Numbered from the stretch's first letter, positions 28,017 to 38,634 are shown. The stretch is 64,000 nucleotides of DNA from a bacterium (GCA_046484135.1 JAWOBU010000017.1:18696-82695), one strand, 5' to 3'. Numbers and translations: made by a program. Notes: generated from the sequence alone by a model not told the origin.

Positions 28017-28607
28017 ATGATAAAGGCAGTGGCATTTGACCTGGACGGGACCATAACCCGGCCCTTTTTAAACTTCACGCAGATCAGGCTCGACATCGGG
28101 GTGGCTTTGGGCAGGCAGTCTCTTCTGGACCAGTTGGAGTCGCTTCCAGCGGAAGAGAGACAACGCGGGCTTGCCATCCTCGAGAAGCACGAGACGGAAG
28201 CGGCAAAAAACGCGGAGTTAAACCGGGGCGTGCGGGAGCTTTTGGACCGCTGCCATGAGCTTGGGCTCAAGTGCGCGGTCATAACCCGGAACTCGACCCG
28301 GTCAACCGAGGAGGTGTGCAAAAGGCTGGACATCTGTTTCGACCACGTAATCACGCGGGACAGCGGCCTTCCCATCAAGCCGGACCCGGCGCCTTTATAT
28401 CACTTGGCTTTCGAGTGGGGGGTCGATCCTTCCGAGATATTCATGGTGGGAGACTTCATCTACGACGTTCAATCAGGCAAAGCCGCCGGGAGCCCCACCT
28501 GCCTGGTGACCAACGGCCGGGAGTTTACGGACACCGCGGGCGCGGACCACGTGGTCACTCACCCCGGCGAGGTACTAGAGCTTCTTGACCATGGCGGCAG
28601 GACCTGA
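28017..28607 (+). CDS. HAD-superfamily phosphatase (subfamily IA-like)
   Basis: Motif I AVAFDLDGTIT; motif III K; motif IV VGDFIYDVQSG. Confidence 0.75.
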   Translation: MIKAVAFDLDGTITRPFLNFTQIRLDIGVALGRQSLLDQLESLPAEERQRGLAILEKHETEAAKNAELNRGVRELLDRCHELGLKCAVITRNSTRSTEEVCKRLDICFDHVITRDSGLPIKPDPAPLYHLAFEWGVDPSEIFMVGDFIYDVQSGKAAGSPTCLVTNGREFTDTAGADHVVTHPGEVLELLDHGGRT

Positions 28608-28636
28608 AAGGCCGCCTATAAAACAGATGCTTCGTG

Positions 28637-29764
28637 GTGATGGGCATGGACGGACTTTTGCAGAGACTGGGGATTGACAAGGAAAGGCTTTGGGAGACGG
28701 TGCGGGCTGACCTTGTCGAGATCACGGGCGGCGACGCGGACGGCTTCAAGATGGAGGCTTTGCCGGGCGGCGCTTCGGTGCGCGGTTACGCGCGTTTATA
28801 TCCGAGAAGCGGCGACAGCGACAGCCTGGTTCTTATGATACTTTGCGACCCGGACCCGGCGCGCGGCATCGAGGAGGTCATGGCGGAAGACTCGATCACC
28901 GAGCTTCCTTTTATCAACGTGCACCGGCACCTGAGCTCCTGCGGGGTAAACACGCCGCGGATTGTCCATTACAACCGGAAAGAAGGACTTATTTATCTCG
29001 AAGACCTGGGAGGCGAGCATCTGCGGGACTACGTACAGAAGCGGGGTCCGGACGCGGCCCGCCACGGTTTCGAGAAAGCCATATACGAGCTTACCAAGAT
29101 ACAAGTGGACTGTACGAGATACGAGGCCGCCGGTTTTCTGGGCTTTCGGGCCTGCTTCGACTTTGATCTTCTCATGTGGGAGCTCGAGCATTTTACCGAG
29201 CACGCGGTCGAAGCGCGTTTTCCGGGCGCGCTTGACGAGACCGACCGTGACCGGACCAGAAACCATTTCAAGTCCATAGCCGGCGAGCTTTTGGAAGGTC
29301 CATACGCGCTTCAGCACCGGGACTATCACATGGACAACCTGCTCTTATGTAACGGCGCCATCCGGGTGATAGACTTCCAGGACGCGCTCATGGGTCCTCT
29401 TGCTTATGACCTGGCGTGCCTTCTTTATGACCGGGACACCTCGTGGGTGTTAGGGGACGAGCTGATAGACCACCTGGTAACCTATTACTGCCGGTCTTAT
29501 GAAGAGCGGAGCGGGAAGGCCCTTTCGGAAGGTCTTTTCCGTCGGAACTTCCACCTTTGCGTGATACACCGTCTTCTCAAGGTGGTGGGACGCTTTCATT
29601 ACATCCACCAGGTAAAGCGCCGTCCGGAGTATCTTGATTATATCCCCTATATGTTGCCGCCCCTTTGTAAGTACCTGGAGCGCGACCCGGAGCACCGGGC
29701 TTTACTTGACGTTTTTACAAAGTACCTTCCCGAGCTCGCAGAGACCAGGGGGACCCTGGCATAA
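28637..29764 (+). CDS. Phosphotransferase-family kinase (APH/choline-kinase fold; AmgK-like anomeric sugar kinase is one possibility)
   Basis: Brenner motif HRDYHMDNLLL; DFQDA Mg-binding motif. Start ambiguous (GTG 28634 / ATG 28637 / ATG 28643). Confidence 0.65.
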   Translation: MMGMDGLLQRLGIDKERLWETVRADLVEITGGDADGFKMEALPGGASVRGYARLYPRSGDSDSLVLMILCDPDPARGIEEVMAEDSITELPFINVHRHLSSCGVNTPRIVHYNRKEGLIYLEDLGGEHLRDYVQKRGPDAARHGFEKAIYELTKIQVDCTRYEAAGFLGFRACFDFDLLMWELEHFTEHAVEARFPGALDETDRDRTRNHFKSIAGELLEGPYALQHRDYHMDNLLLCNGAIRVIDFQDALMGPLAYDLACLLYDRDTSWVLGDELIDHLVTYYCRSYEERSGKALSEGLFRRNFHLCVIHRLLKVVGRFHYIHQVKRRPEYLDYIPYMLPPLCKYLERDPEHRALLDVFTKYLPELAETRGTLA

Positions 29765-29786
29765 GTAATCAATTCTTGCGGGAGTA

Positions 29787-30326
29787 GTGATGAAGATAGC
29801 AGTGATATCCGATACCCACATTCACGGGGGAAGTTATCACCCCAAAAAGCTCATGAGCCGTTTCATCAACAAGGTGGACCAGCAGGCGGAACAGCTTTGC
29901 GAGCTGGTCCGGCCGTGGTTTCATGACGCGGACGTTGTAATCCACGCGGGCGACTTTGTAAGCTATGCGGTTGTGACCGCGCTGGAGGAGTTCGCTCCGG
30001 TGGAAGGTGTGGCCGGCAACATGGACCCGCAGGAAATCCGTTCGCGACTTCCGGTCAAGACGGTGGTCAAGGCAGGGAGCCGTCGCATCGGGGTGATCCA
30101 CGGCCACGGCGCTCCGCACGGCATGGAAAAGCGGGTGCGGCCGGAGTTCGAGGACGTGGACTGCATAGTTTTCGGGCACACTCATCATCCTTTCAACGCA
30201 GAGGTGGGCGGCGTTCAGATGTTTAACCCGGGCAGCCCCACTGACAAGAGATGGGCCCCTTCCCACGGGATCGGCCTCATCCACGTAGAAGACACCTTGC
30301 GTTGCGAGAACGTGGCCCTGGACTGA
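29787..30326 (+). CDS. Metallophosphoesterase (YfcE/MJ0936-like phosphodiesterase)
   Basis: MKIAVISDTHIHGG; IHAGDF; GHTHHP metallophosphatase motifs. Confidence 0.75.
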   Translation: MMKIAVISDTHIHGGSYHPKKLMSRFINKVDQQAEQLCELVRPWFHDADVVIHAGDFVSYAVVTALEEFAPVEGVAGNMDPQEIRSRLPVKTVVKAGSRRIGVIHGHGAPHGMEKRVRPEFEDVDCIVFGHTHHPFNAEVGGVQMFNPGSPTDKRWAPSHGIGLIHVEDTLRCENVALD

Positions 30327-30449
30327 GGCGGGCCTGATAACCGAGCTCGTGCTTTTTTCAGAAGCAAAAGCTCTCTTGCACAAACCGCCCTGGTTTTGTA
30401 TTCTGTTCGCACTGATCGGCATCCTTATTTCCTGTTTTTTAAGTTTTTG

Positions 30450-31142
30450 ATGAAGAAACGAGAAGAAATCATTTCCCGGGTGGACGTATTTTTCGCTCTC
30501 GGCAACAGGGAGCGTCGTTCGCTGGTGGAGACGTCTAAAGAGGTCAAGCTGGACCCGCGCAACCCGTTGTTTCAGCAGGGAGCCACTGCGGAGTGGGCCT
30601 ATGTCATCGGGAACGGCCATATTAAGACTTTCAGCTCCGGTCCCAATGGCCGCCGACTCCTGGTTGATTTTATTCAGCCGGGCGACCTAGTGGGAGAGGA
30701 GTCCGTTCTTTTCGGAGGGGACTACGAGGTAGACGCTGTTTCTATCGGTCCTTGCCGGGTCCTGGCACTGCCCGCCTCTGCCCTGCGGGAGTCCATCGAG
30801 TCAAGCCCACGGACCGGCTTCGCTCTGGGCGCACTGACCGCCTCCCGGGCCCGCGCCTATCGGGAGAGGCTTTGTCTGGTCAGCACCTGCCCGGTGCAGA
30901 TTCGGCTTATCTCGGTCCTTCACCATCTGGCCCGCCGTTTCGGGCAGCGACATCGAAGCGGCACCATGCTCGGCATCAAGGTCACTCATCAGGATCTGGC
31001 CGACTACATCGGCGCTTCGCGGGAGACGGTTTCCCACCTTCTCTCCAGTTTGCGGGAACAGGGCATCATCGCCAACAACGTCCGGAGGCTGGTGGTCCCT
31101 GACATGAAGGCCTTGAAAAGGATGGCGGAACACAAGGAGTGA
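30450..31142 (+). CDS. Crp/Fnr-family transcriptional regulator
   Basis: cNMP-binding beta-roll (GDLVGEESVLFGG) + C-terminal HTH (ASRETVSHLLSSLREQGII). Confidence 0.8.
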   Translation: MKKREEIISRVDVFFALGNRERRSLVETSKEVKLDPRNPLFQQGATAEWAYVIGNGHIKTFSSGPNGRRLLVDFIQPGDLVGEESVLFGGDYEVDAVSIGPCRVLALPASALRESIESSPRTGFALGALTASRARAYRERLCLVSTCPVQIRLISVLHHLARRFGQRHRSGTMLGIKVTHQDLADYIGASRETVSHLLSSLREQGIIANNVRRLVVPDMKALKRMAEHKE

Positions 31143-31145
31143 GCT

Positions 31146-32996
31146 TCACTTTTGGGCGGGCTCGGTTTCCGGCAAGACCACCATGCACTGGAGAAAACGG
31201 GGGTCAATGTCGGAAAGCCGGAGGCGGCCAGCTTCCTGTTCCAGCCGGGACAGGGAGAAGTCCACGAACTCCCGGGCCTTGGCGCGCCATGCCTCGCCGG
31301 CTTCTTCCGAGTCGGAAAGCGCCTTTTCCACCCGTGCCAGCAGGTCGGAGCGAACATCCTCGTGCACCTTGCGGGGGACCTCGCGGGTCATGGCGATCTC
31401 GAGGGCGGACCGGGCGTCCTTCTCGCTCAGGGGAGCGAACACCAGCTCGCCGCCGGCCAGCACCCGGCAGAGAGCGGTGATGAACACGGTGGAGAAGGAA
31501 AGCTCATGGCCGGTGTAATACTGCTTTAAAAACCCTATGTCCTGATCGGTAAGCCCGAGCGACTCGAAGAGCAAGGCCCCCACCGCCTCGGCAAGCAACA
31601 GGGTCTCGCGTGCTTTGTCCACCTCTTCGAAAGAGCTGAACTCCTTGTAAACCGGGGCCCCCTCCGAGTCGGTCCCTTGATACTGCTTGGGCCGCTCGAG
31701 CGCAAGACCACCGATTATTGCGGCGTCTTCCCCCAGAAGCTCCCGGCTGTAGTCGGTCCGTGACATCCACCCTTTTTCCAGAAGGCGGTTCGACCGACGC
31801 GCAAGCAGGAGCACCTCGGTAAAGCCGGCCCGGAAGATGTTTATTATGTTCTGGGAGTACAAAAGCCGGGCGGCCCGCTCCGGCTCTCCGCCGGACCAGC
31901 GCCGGAGGCCCATCTCGATGTAGAGGTAAGCTTTGTGAAGGACCTTTTTTACATTCTCGATCTTGTTCAGGTCCATGCCGTCCGCGATCAGAAGCCGATT
32001 GACAAGCCCTCCCGTTTCCATGGCCAGCGTCTCCCGCCGCACCCGGTCAGCGATCTCTCTCAAAGCCGATGCAAAAAGCTCGGGCGGCTCGGCCAGAGCC
32101 AACGGATACTCCGGGACCGGCCCTCTGCCCGGAGGAGGAGCCGCGCTTTCCTCCGCTTCTTTCTCGAGACGCGAAAGCTCGGCGTCGGAAAGAGGAGCGT
32201 AAACCTCGATCGCCTCCTCGAACGGCACAAACCCGTAATCGGCGAGCCGGGCGGTGCGGAACCGGAACGCCTCGCTTTCCGCCTCCAGCGGCAGGGACCC
32301 TTCTATATACTCGAGCAGGCCATAGTAACGCATGTCCTCCTCGGCCCGGATCTGCTCGAGGACCCTTTCCAGTGCAGGCGCCGTCTTAGGTTCGTAAAAA
32401 TGAAGGTAATAGACGTTGTCCAACGACCACAGGTTCTGGAAATCCCGCCACGGCTCCGCCCCTTCATTGTCCGGGTCTGTCTTGTACACCCGGAAGAACT
32501 TGCCGAAGGCGGACACCAGGAGCTCTTCCTCCGCCTGTTGGAACCATTTGACCGGCACGTCGGGCCCGGCGCACGAAAGCAGGTTTAGCCAGTAAACAAC
32601 AGCCAGCGTATCGAGCCTGTCATGGTGCCACCATTCCAGGTCGAAGATATGCTGTATCTGCTCCGGCCGGGCCATGCCCAGAAGATCGAGGGAGTCCTCG
32701 TCCCCCATCTGTTTGACCGTGATCCAGAACTCCGGCTCCGGAAGCTCCTTGACCAGGGCCTCTGCGTCTTGCGAGAGCATGAGGAGATCGAAACGGGCGC
32801 GGCCGGAAAATCTGGTTACCAGCTCGGCCCGGTCCTCCAGCCGGAGCGAATCGAGTATCAGCCGGGCCGACTCGGGATCATCCCGGATAAGGGTGCGGTC
32901 CAGCCGGGAGAGGGCCTGCTCTACCTGGTCGGTGAGCTCAGTGCGCTCTGGTCCCTCGCTTCCAGCGTCTTTGCGGTTGGTTTTGTCAGGTTTCAT
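31146..32996 (-). CDS. Hypothetical 616-aa soluble protein, unknown family, last gene of the grx-like/FDR-like operon
   Basis: Long ORF with coding-like composition, same strand and 72-nt spacing from the FDR-like gene. No recognisable motifs. Confidence 0.5.
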   Translation of the reverse strand: MKPDKTNRKDAGSEGPERTELTDQVEQALSRLDRTLIRDDPESARLILDSLRLEDRAELVTRFSGRARFDLLMLSQDAEALVKELPEPEFWITVKQMGDEDSLDLLGMARPEQIQHIFDLEWWHHDRLDTLAVVYWLNLLSCAGPDVPVKWFQQAEEELLVSAFGKFFRVYKTDPDNEGAEPWRDFQNLWSLDNVYYLHFYEPKTAPALERVLEQIRAEEDMRYYGLLEYIEGSLPLEAESEAFRFRTARLADYGFVPFEEAIEVYAPLSDAELSRLEKEAEESAAPPPGRGPVPEYPLALAEPPELFASALREIADRVRRETLAMETGGLVNRLLIADGMDLNKIENVKKVLHKAYLYIEMGLRRWSGGEPERAARLLYSQNIINIFRAGFTEVLLLARRSNRLLEKGWMSRTDYSRELLGEDAAIIGGLALERPKQYQGTDSEGAPVYKEFSSFEEVDKARETLLLAEAVGALLFESLGLTDQDIGFLKQYYTGHELSFSTVFITALCRVLAGGELVFAPLSEKDARSALEIAMTREVPRKVHEDVRSDLLARVEKALSDSEEAGEAWRAKAREFVDFSLSRLEQEAGRLRLSDIDPRFLQCMVVLPETEPAQK

Positions 32997-33068
32997 TATG
33001 AAAAGATACTAATAAGAAGAAACACTTACTGCAAGGAGAGTTTACAAGGTTCCGCGGGCTGGGGCTAC

Positions 33069-33584
33069 TCACCCGGCCGGGAACTCGAACCCTTCAAACC
33101 GCTCTTTGCGAACTTTACACACGGGGCATTTTTCCGGCGGCTCGTCGCGGGCGCACAGGTAGCCGCACACCCGGCAACGCCAGACCGGAATTCCGGACTT
33201 GCTCTCCATGGGCTTCTTCTCCTTCTCCGCTTTTCTTTCTTCTTCCGAGGGTCTTCTTTCCGGGATGGGCTCGGCTTCTTTTTCCCCCTTTACCACTGCG
33301 TCGGACACATACAGCGCGCAGTAACAGGTGCCGTAATCGTTAAGATCGGGGTCTCGATAATCGCACGGGCAGATGATGTCCAGGTCTTTCTCCGGGTCCC
33401 CCTCGAGCAGGCGGCATGGACAGCCCATGTAGCCGTACCTTTGCTCGTTCTGGACCAGCCCCTCGCAGAGCATGAGCGTCATCTCCCGGTCGGGGTTGAG
33501 ATGATACCCGGCAGCCTCGGCCTCCCGGTCGAGCTTGTCCATGAGCTTTTCCGCCTTGTCCTTAAGCTCAAAGTCTTCGATCAT
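33069..33584 (-). CDS. Ferredoxin:thioredoxin-reductase catalytic-subunit-like protein fused to a C-terminal rubredoxin domain (FDR-like)
   Basis: [10 protein letters not shown]...CPCDYRD...CYC cysteine pattern of FtrC; C-terminal CRVCGY...CPVC rubredoxin knuckles. Confidence 0.7.
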   Translation of the reverse strand: MIEDFELKDKAEKLMDKLDREAEAAGYHLNPDREMTLMLCEGLVQNEQRYGYMGCPCRLLEGDPEKDLDIICPCDYRDPDLNDYGTCYCALYVSDAVVKGEKEAEPIPERRPSEEERKAEKEKKPMESKSGIPVWRCRVCGYLCARDEPPEKCPVCKVRKERFEGFEFPAG

Positions 33585-33844
33585 CCCAGCACCTCCTGGA
33601 AGCGCTCCGGCTTGTAGCCCTGGATGATCTCCTCCCCCTCGTTAACCACCACCAGGGGGAAGCTCAGCTTGGAGGTGAACTTCAAAGCGCGGTTCTTGGC
33701 CGCCTCCTTTTCGTCCCCCTCGATCTGGTCCATGTAAGTCAGCTCGTAATCCACCCGGTGCTCGTCCAGCCACTCCCGGGTCTTCCTGCACCACCCGCAG
33801 GTGCTGAGTGCAAAGAACTCTACCTTGCGTCCCGGTTCCGACAT
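33581..33844 (-). CDS. Glutaredoxin-like/NrdH-like small thiol-disulfide oxidoreductase
   Basis: 87 aa; active site STCGWC; thioredoxin-fold length; overlaps the FDR-like start by 4 nt. Confidence 0.7.
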   Translation of the reverse strand: MSEPGRKVEFFALSTCGWCRKTREWLDEHRVDYELTYMDQIEGDEKEAAKNRALKFTSKLSFPLVVVNEGEEIIQGYKPERFQEVLG

Positions 33845-34033
33845 TCCATCCCCTCCTCATTCGTTCGAGAGGTTCAAGGGTTACGTTAAGATACCGTTGC
33901 AAAGAAATTCACCGGTTTGTCTGCCTTGCTTTGCAACGGTCTCGCCTCACCGCACACCCGCTGAACTTGACTCCATAATAACATTAACACAATCATAAAC
34001 AACCCTCCCAAAATCCGCACGGTTTGGCTGGTT

Positions 34034-34175
34034 TGGGGTCAGATCTTTACAATTAAGTTTATGGCGAATGTGGTGAGCCGCCCCTTCCTCTCGCCGGATC
34101 GGACATTGCGCCGGGAAAATCAGGAATTATTCATGGCCTAAGAACATCTAAACTTAATTGTAAAGATCTGACCCC
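34034..34175. repeat. Perfect 27-bp inverted repeats (ggggtcagatctttacaattaagttta / taaacttaattgtaaagatctgacccc) flanking an 88-bp core; MITE-like or long-stem regulatory element
   Basis: Arms at 34034-34060 and 34149-34175, located exactly between the hisD stop and the upstream region of the grx-like operon. Confidence 0.85.
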
Positions 34176-34177
34176 GC

Positions 34178-35494
34178 CTATTTCTTTTTCTCTTTTTTAT
34201 CACGCTCGGGAAGGCGGGAGAGAACGGCGCGGGCGTGTGCTTTGAGTCCTTCCAGGTCTGCGAAGCGGGCGGTGGCTTCGCGGATTCCGGCGAGCCCTTC
34301 TTTGGACAGCCTGGTTACGCTTTGGCGTTTTACGAAATCCTGTACTCCGAGGGGCGAGCTGAATCGGGCGGTGCCGCCGGTGGGAAGCACGTGGTTCGCT
34401 CCCGCGGTGTAGTCTCCCGCGGGCACGGGCGAGTACGGTCCCAGGAACACACTGCCGGCGTTGTTTACGGTGTCCGCGAACTTCTGCGGTTTTTTCACGA
34501 TGATTTCGAGGTGCTCGGGCGCGATGCGGTTCACTATTGCCGACGCCTGTTCCAGGTCCTTTACAAGGATGGCGGAGACGCTGGCCGCGGGATCGGGGTT
34601 GTCCTCGATCTCGGGCAGCTCTTCAACCAGTTTTTTCAGTTCCCGCTCGACCTTTTTAACAAGGTCGTCGGAAGTGGTAACCAGGATGGAGACGGAGTCC
34701 GGTCCGTGCTCGGCCTGGGATAAAAGGTCCGCGGCCACTGCTTCGGCAGGGGCGCTCTCGTCCGCGACCACCACTATCTCGCTGGGACCGGCCACCGCGT
34801 CTGTGCCGCACAGTCCGCGGGAGTCGGCAATGGTCTTGGCCGCGGCCACCCACGAGCTTCCCGGCCCCACGATCTTGTCCGCCCGGGGGATTGAAGCGGT
34901 GCCGCAGGCCAGTGCGGCGATTCCCTGCACTCCCCCGACCTTGTAGACCGCGTCAACTCCGGCCGAGCGGGCCGCGGCGAGCACGCAGGGGTTCAGCTTG
35001 CCCCCCGGACAGGGCGTTATCATGATGATCTCTTTTACGCCTGCGATCTGCGCGGGGATAGCTGTCATGAGCACGGTGGAAGCGAGCGGGAACCTTCCGC
35101 CGGGTATGTAGACACCCGCCCTTTGCAGGGGAATGATCCTCTCTTTTATCACCGTGCCTTTGTTGTCATTATAGGTGAAGCCTTTTGGCGACTGCTTTTT
35201 ATGGAATGCCCGGATTCTTTTGGCTGCGAGCTCGATCACGTCAAGGTCGGAGCGGGAGACCTCGCCCAGGGCTCGCGAGATTTCCGCGTCAGTAACTTTT
35301 ACGGTGTTTGCGTCAATCTCGTGGTTTTCGAGCTCGCGGGTCCACTTGAAAAGCGCGGTGTCTCCTTGTGCGGTCACCTCGTCAAATATCTTCGCCGCTT
35401 TTTCCATGACATCCGGAGGCACTTCATGGATGCCGGAGAGGAATTGATTAAGCTCTTTTTCAAAGTTTTTGTCAGCGTGGCTTATGAGCTTCAT
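34178..35494 (-). CDS. hisD: Histidinol dehydrogenase
   Basis: 438 aa; conserved HisD core ...[11 protein letters not shown]...SQAEHGPDS...HLE. Confidence 0.9.
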   Translation of the reverse strand: MKLISHADKNFEKELNQFLSGIHEVPPDVMEKAAKIFDEVTAQGDTALFKWTRELENHEIDANTVKVTDAEISRALGEVSRSDLDVIELAAKRIRAFHKKQSPKGFTYNDNKGTVIKERIIPLQRAGVYIPGGRFPLASTVLMTAIPAQIAGVKEIIMITPCPGGKLNPCVLAAARSAGVDAVYKVGGVQGIAALACGTASIPRADKIVGPGSSWVAAAKTIADSRGLCGTDAVAGPSEIVVVADESAPAEAVAADLLSQAEHGPDSVSILVTTSDDLVKKVERELKKLVEELPEIEDNPDPAASVSAILVKDLEQASAIVNRIAPEHLEIIVKKPQKFADTVNNAGSVFLGPYSPVPAGDYTAGANHVLPTGGTARFSSPLGVQDFVKRQSVTRLSKEGLAGIREATARFADLEGLKAHARAVLSRLPERDKKEKKK

Positions 35495-36765
35495 TTTCTG
35501 GCTCCCTCGAGCCTCTGGATGTCCGCGCCCAATGCAGAGAGCTTATCCTCCATTCTTTCGTAGCCCCGGTCCAGGTGATAGATGCGCAGGACCTCGGTCT
35601 CGCCCTCAGCGGCCAGGCCGGCCAGTACCAGGGACGCGGAAGCCCGAAGGTCGGTGGCCATGACGATGGCGCCGCTGAGCTTGCCGTTTCCGTGGACTAT
35701 GGCGCTGTTGCCTTCGATCTTGATGTCCGCGCCCATTCTTTGAAGCTCGAGCACGTGCATGAAGCGGTTTTCGAACACGGTCTCGGTTATGACGGAGATC
35801 GAGCCGGGCGCGAAGCACATGACCGCCATGAACTGGGCCTGCATGTCGGTGGGAAAGCCGGGGAAAGGCTTGGTCTTGATGTCCACCGACCTTATACCGT
35901 TGCTTTGCGCCCTGATGCCGCCCTGCTCGCTCTGCACCTTCATGCCCGCTTCCCGGAACTTCTCGATCACCGCTTCCATGTGGTCGGGGTTTGCTCCTTC
36001 CAGGAAAACATCTCCCTTGGTGATGGCTGTCGCGGCAAGATAGGTGCCTGCTTCGATGCGGTCGGGGATCACGGTAAAGTCCACGGGAGTAAGCGACTCG
36101 CGGCCGGTTATCTCTATCTTGCTGGTGCCCAGGCCCTTCACGTCGGCGCCCATGGCTCCCAGCATCTCTCCGAGTGCGGTAACCTCGGGCTCCATGGCGG
36201 CTCCGGTAAGGAGGGTGGTCCCTTCCGCAAGGGCCGCGGCCATCATCAGGTTCTCGGTGCCGGTTACAGTGGTGGTGTCAAAGGCGTACTCCGCGGCCTT
36301 CAAGCGCGGCGCATGCGCCTTGATGTAGCCGTGGCTTACCTCTACTGTGCTTCCCAGTCTCTCGAGTCCTTTGAGGTGCAGGTTCACCGGCCGGGCGCCG
36401 ATGGCGCATCCGCCGGGCAGGGACACCTCTGCTTTTCCTTCCCTGGCCATGAGCGGGCCAAGCACGAGTATGGACGCCCTCATGGTCTTGACCAGGTCGT
36501 AGGGGGCCCGCACCGAAAATATGGAGGTGGTGTCTATCTGGAGGACCTGCTCTTCGAACAAGCGCGAGTCGTCCACCTTGGCGCCCAGCCTGCGCAAAAG
36601 CTCGATGGTGGTGCCGATGTCGCGGAGCGCGGGCACGTTTCTTAAAACATGCTTGCCGGGGGCGAGTAGAGTAGCGCAGAGCGCCGGCAGGGCCGCGTTC
36701 TTGGCCCCGCTTATCTTGACGGTGCCGTGAAGGGGGGCTCCTCCCTTTATCAGAAGCTTGTCCAT
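35491..36765 (-). CDS. murA: UDP-N-acetylglucosamine 1-carboxyvinyltransferase MurA (track start 36798 is an upstream extension)
   Basis: [27 protein letters not shown]... canonical MurA N-terminus; overlaps the hisD start by 4 nt. Confidence 0.9.
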   Translation of the reverse strand: MDKLLIKGGAPLHGTVKISGAKNAALPALCATLLAPGKHVLRNVPALRDIGTTIELLRRLGAKVDDSRLFEEQVLQIDTTSIFSVRAPYDLVKTMRASILVLGPLMAREGKAEVSLPGGCAIGARPVNLHLKGLERLGSTVEVSHGYIKAHAPRLKAAEYAFDTTTVTGTENLMMAAALAEGTTLLTGAAMEPEVTALGEMLGAMGADVKGLGTSKIEITGRESLTPVDFTVIPDRIEAGTYLAATAITKGDVFLEGANPDHMEAVIEKFREAGMKVQSEQGGIRAQSNGIRSVDIKTKPFPGFPTDMQAQFMAVMCFAPGSISVITETVFENRFMHVLELQRMGADIKIEGNSAIVHGNGKLSGAIVMATDLRASASLVLAGLAAEGETEVLRIYHLDRGYERMEDKLSALGADIQRLEGARK

Positions 36766-36927
36766 ATATACAACCTCCAGGGACAAGCATATCCGCAATG
36801 GAGCCGATGCTCAAACCGGAGCCTTCAGCACAGGTATCTCATCTAAGAAATAATCGCGACTGAAGTCGCTCGCACGCAATAATGTCTTTGTCCATTATTT
36901 TTCGTGCCGCGAGCTTTTCGGCAGGTT

Positions 36928-38634
36928 TTACTGTTTATCGGACTCCGGTTTAGTGGTTCTTGTAAAGATGCGCAGCCCTCCTTCCAGGGATTTGGCGTTT
37001 TGGAAGCCCTTGCCCTTGAGCATCTGGAGGACCTCGTAAGAGCGCTGTCCGAGCTGACAGATGATGATAAGCGGCTTGTCGCGCGGCAGCTCGTCCGCCT
37101 TCTGTCGGATTTCGTGCATGTCAATGGCGATGCTGCGCTTATCTTCAATGGGCGGCCTTGCTTTCAGCTCGCCTTGGGTGCGGACGTCGATCATCACAAA
37201 GTCGCGGTCCGAGCCGAGCAGCTCGAAGAGCTCGAACGCCGATATGGTTTCCGCCATGCCGGAGAGCTTGTTCAGCGCGATATTGGCGGCATTTGCGAGG
37301 GGGGTGACGGGCGCGCCAAAAGGGGGCGCGTAACAGAAGTCCATGTAGGCCAGGTCTTCCAGGGTCGCTCCATAGCGCAGGGCGGATGCCGCCGCATCCA
37401 CGACCCGTGCCACGTCTCCCGCGCCCACCACCTGGCATCCGAGGACCCGGCGGGTGGTTTTGTCCGCCACCAGCTTGATGGCCAGGTCTTTTCCGCCCGG
37501 GAAGAAGTGGGACTTGTCGTTCGCGGTGTTGATGCCGGTAACGGTGTCGAAGCCGAGCTCGCCGGCTTTGCTGTCGGTGATGCCGGTGTATCCTACGTTA
37601 GTTCCCAGGGTCTTCATGATGCCGGTTCCCAGTACGCCCGGGAACGTGGAGTCCATTCCTGTAAGGTTGTCGCCGATCACGCGTCCGTGCATGTTGGCGG
37701 TCGAGCCGAGGGGGTTCCAGGTTTTTTGTCCGGTAACCAGGTGATGGTTCTCCACGCAGTCGCCTCCCGCGAAGATATGAGGATCATTGGTCTTGAGATA
37801 CTCGTCCACCTTTATGGCCCCCAGGTCTCCTATGTCCAGGCCGGAGTCTTTGGCGAGCTCGATGTTCGGTTTGGCGCCCATGGCAAGGATCACCGCGTCG
37901 GTCTCGATCTCGCCCGCTTCCGTTATCACCTTCTTGACCTGTCCGTTCTCTCCTTCGAAGGACTTCACCCCCTGACACAGGCATATCTCGATGTTCTCCT
38001 CCCGCAGAGCGTAAGAGACCAGCTCGGCCATGTCCTGGTCCAGCGGGCCGTAGAGCACCTGGGGCATGATGTCCACCAGGTGGGTGTCCACCGCTTGGTT
38101 CATGAGGGCCTCGCAGGACTCGATCCCGATAAGACCGGCGCCGATAACGCAGATGCGGTCGGCCTCGCCCGCCTCGATCTTCTCGCGGATCACCTGGGCG
38201 TCTTTCATGGACCACAGGTTCCAGATGCGGTCCAGGTCCGCGCCCGGCAGGGGCGGCACCTGCGGAGATGCGCCGGTAGAGAGGACCAGTTGGTCGTAGG
38301 GAAGCGAAGACTCATTGCCGGTTTGCAGGTCTTTGATCCGTACTTCTTTTTTGTCCCGGTCAATGGCCAACGCTTCTGTGTTTATCATGGCGTTTATGTT
38401 TTTTACGTGGTGGAAGTAATCGGGGTCCCGAAAGGTCCCGTGGGTGGTTGAGATCAGCTTGTCAATGTCCGGGACCACACCGCCCACGTAGTAAGGCAGT
38501 CCGCAGCTCGCATAAGACACGTGAGGCTTGCGTTCGATAATAGTGATCTCAGCTTCAGGGTCGCGCCGGCGGGCCCGCGCCGCAGCCTTGGGACCGCAGG
38601 CTACTCCTCCGATAATCACGATCTTCTGACCCAT
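36928..38634 (-). CDS. CoA-disulfide reductase / NADH-dependent persulfide reductase with C-terminal rhodanese domain (CoADR-RHD)
   Basis: FAD motif IVIIGGVACGPKAA; redox-active SYASCGLPY; C-terminal rhodanese with active-site loop CQLGQRS. Confidence 0.8.
   Translation of the reverse strand: MGQKIVIIGGVACGPKAAARARRRDPEAEITIIERKPHVSYASCGLPYYVGGVVPDIDKLISTTHGTFRDPDYFHHVKNINAMINTEALAIDRDKKEVRIKDLQTGNESSLPYDQLVLSTGASPQVPPLPGADLDRIWNLWSMKDAQVIREKIEAGEADRICVIGAGLIGIESCEALMNQAVDTHLVDIMPQVLYGPLDQDMAELVSYALREENIEICLCQGVKSFEGENGQVKKVITEAGEIETDAVILAMGAKPNIELAKDSGLDIGDLGAIKVDEYLKTNDPHIFAGGDCVENHHLVTGQKTWNPLGSTANMHGRVIGDNLTGMDSTFPGVLGTGIMKTLGTNVGYTGITDSKAGELGFDTVTGINTANDKSHFFPGGKDLAIKLVADKTTRRVLGCQVVGAGDVARVVDAAASALRYGATLEDLAYMDFCYAPPFGAPVTPLANAANIALNKLSGMAETISAFELFELLGSDRDFVMIDVRTQGELKARPPIEDKRSIAIDMHEIRQKADELPRDKPLIIICQLGQRSYEVLQMLKGKGFQNAKSLEGGLRIFTRTTKPESDKQ

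Noticed and set aside
36904-38451. 515-aa plus-strand ORF opposite the CoADR-RHD gene
   Set aside because: Antisense GC artefact; no motifs. The opposite strand encodes a clear FAD/rhodanese enzyme
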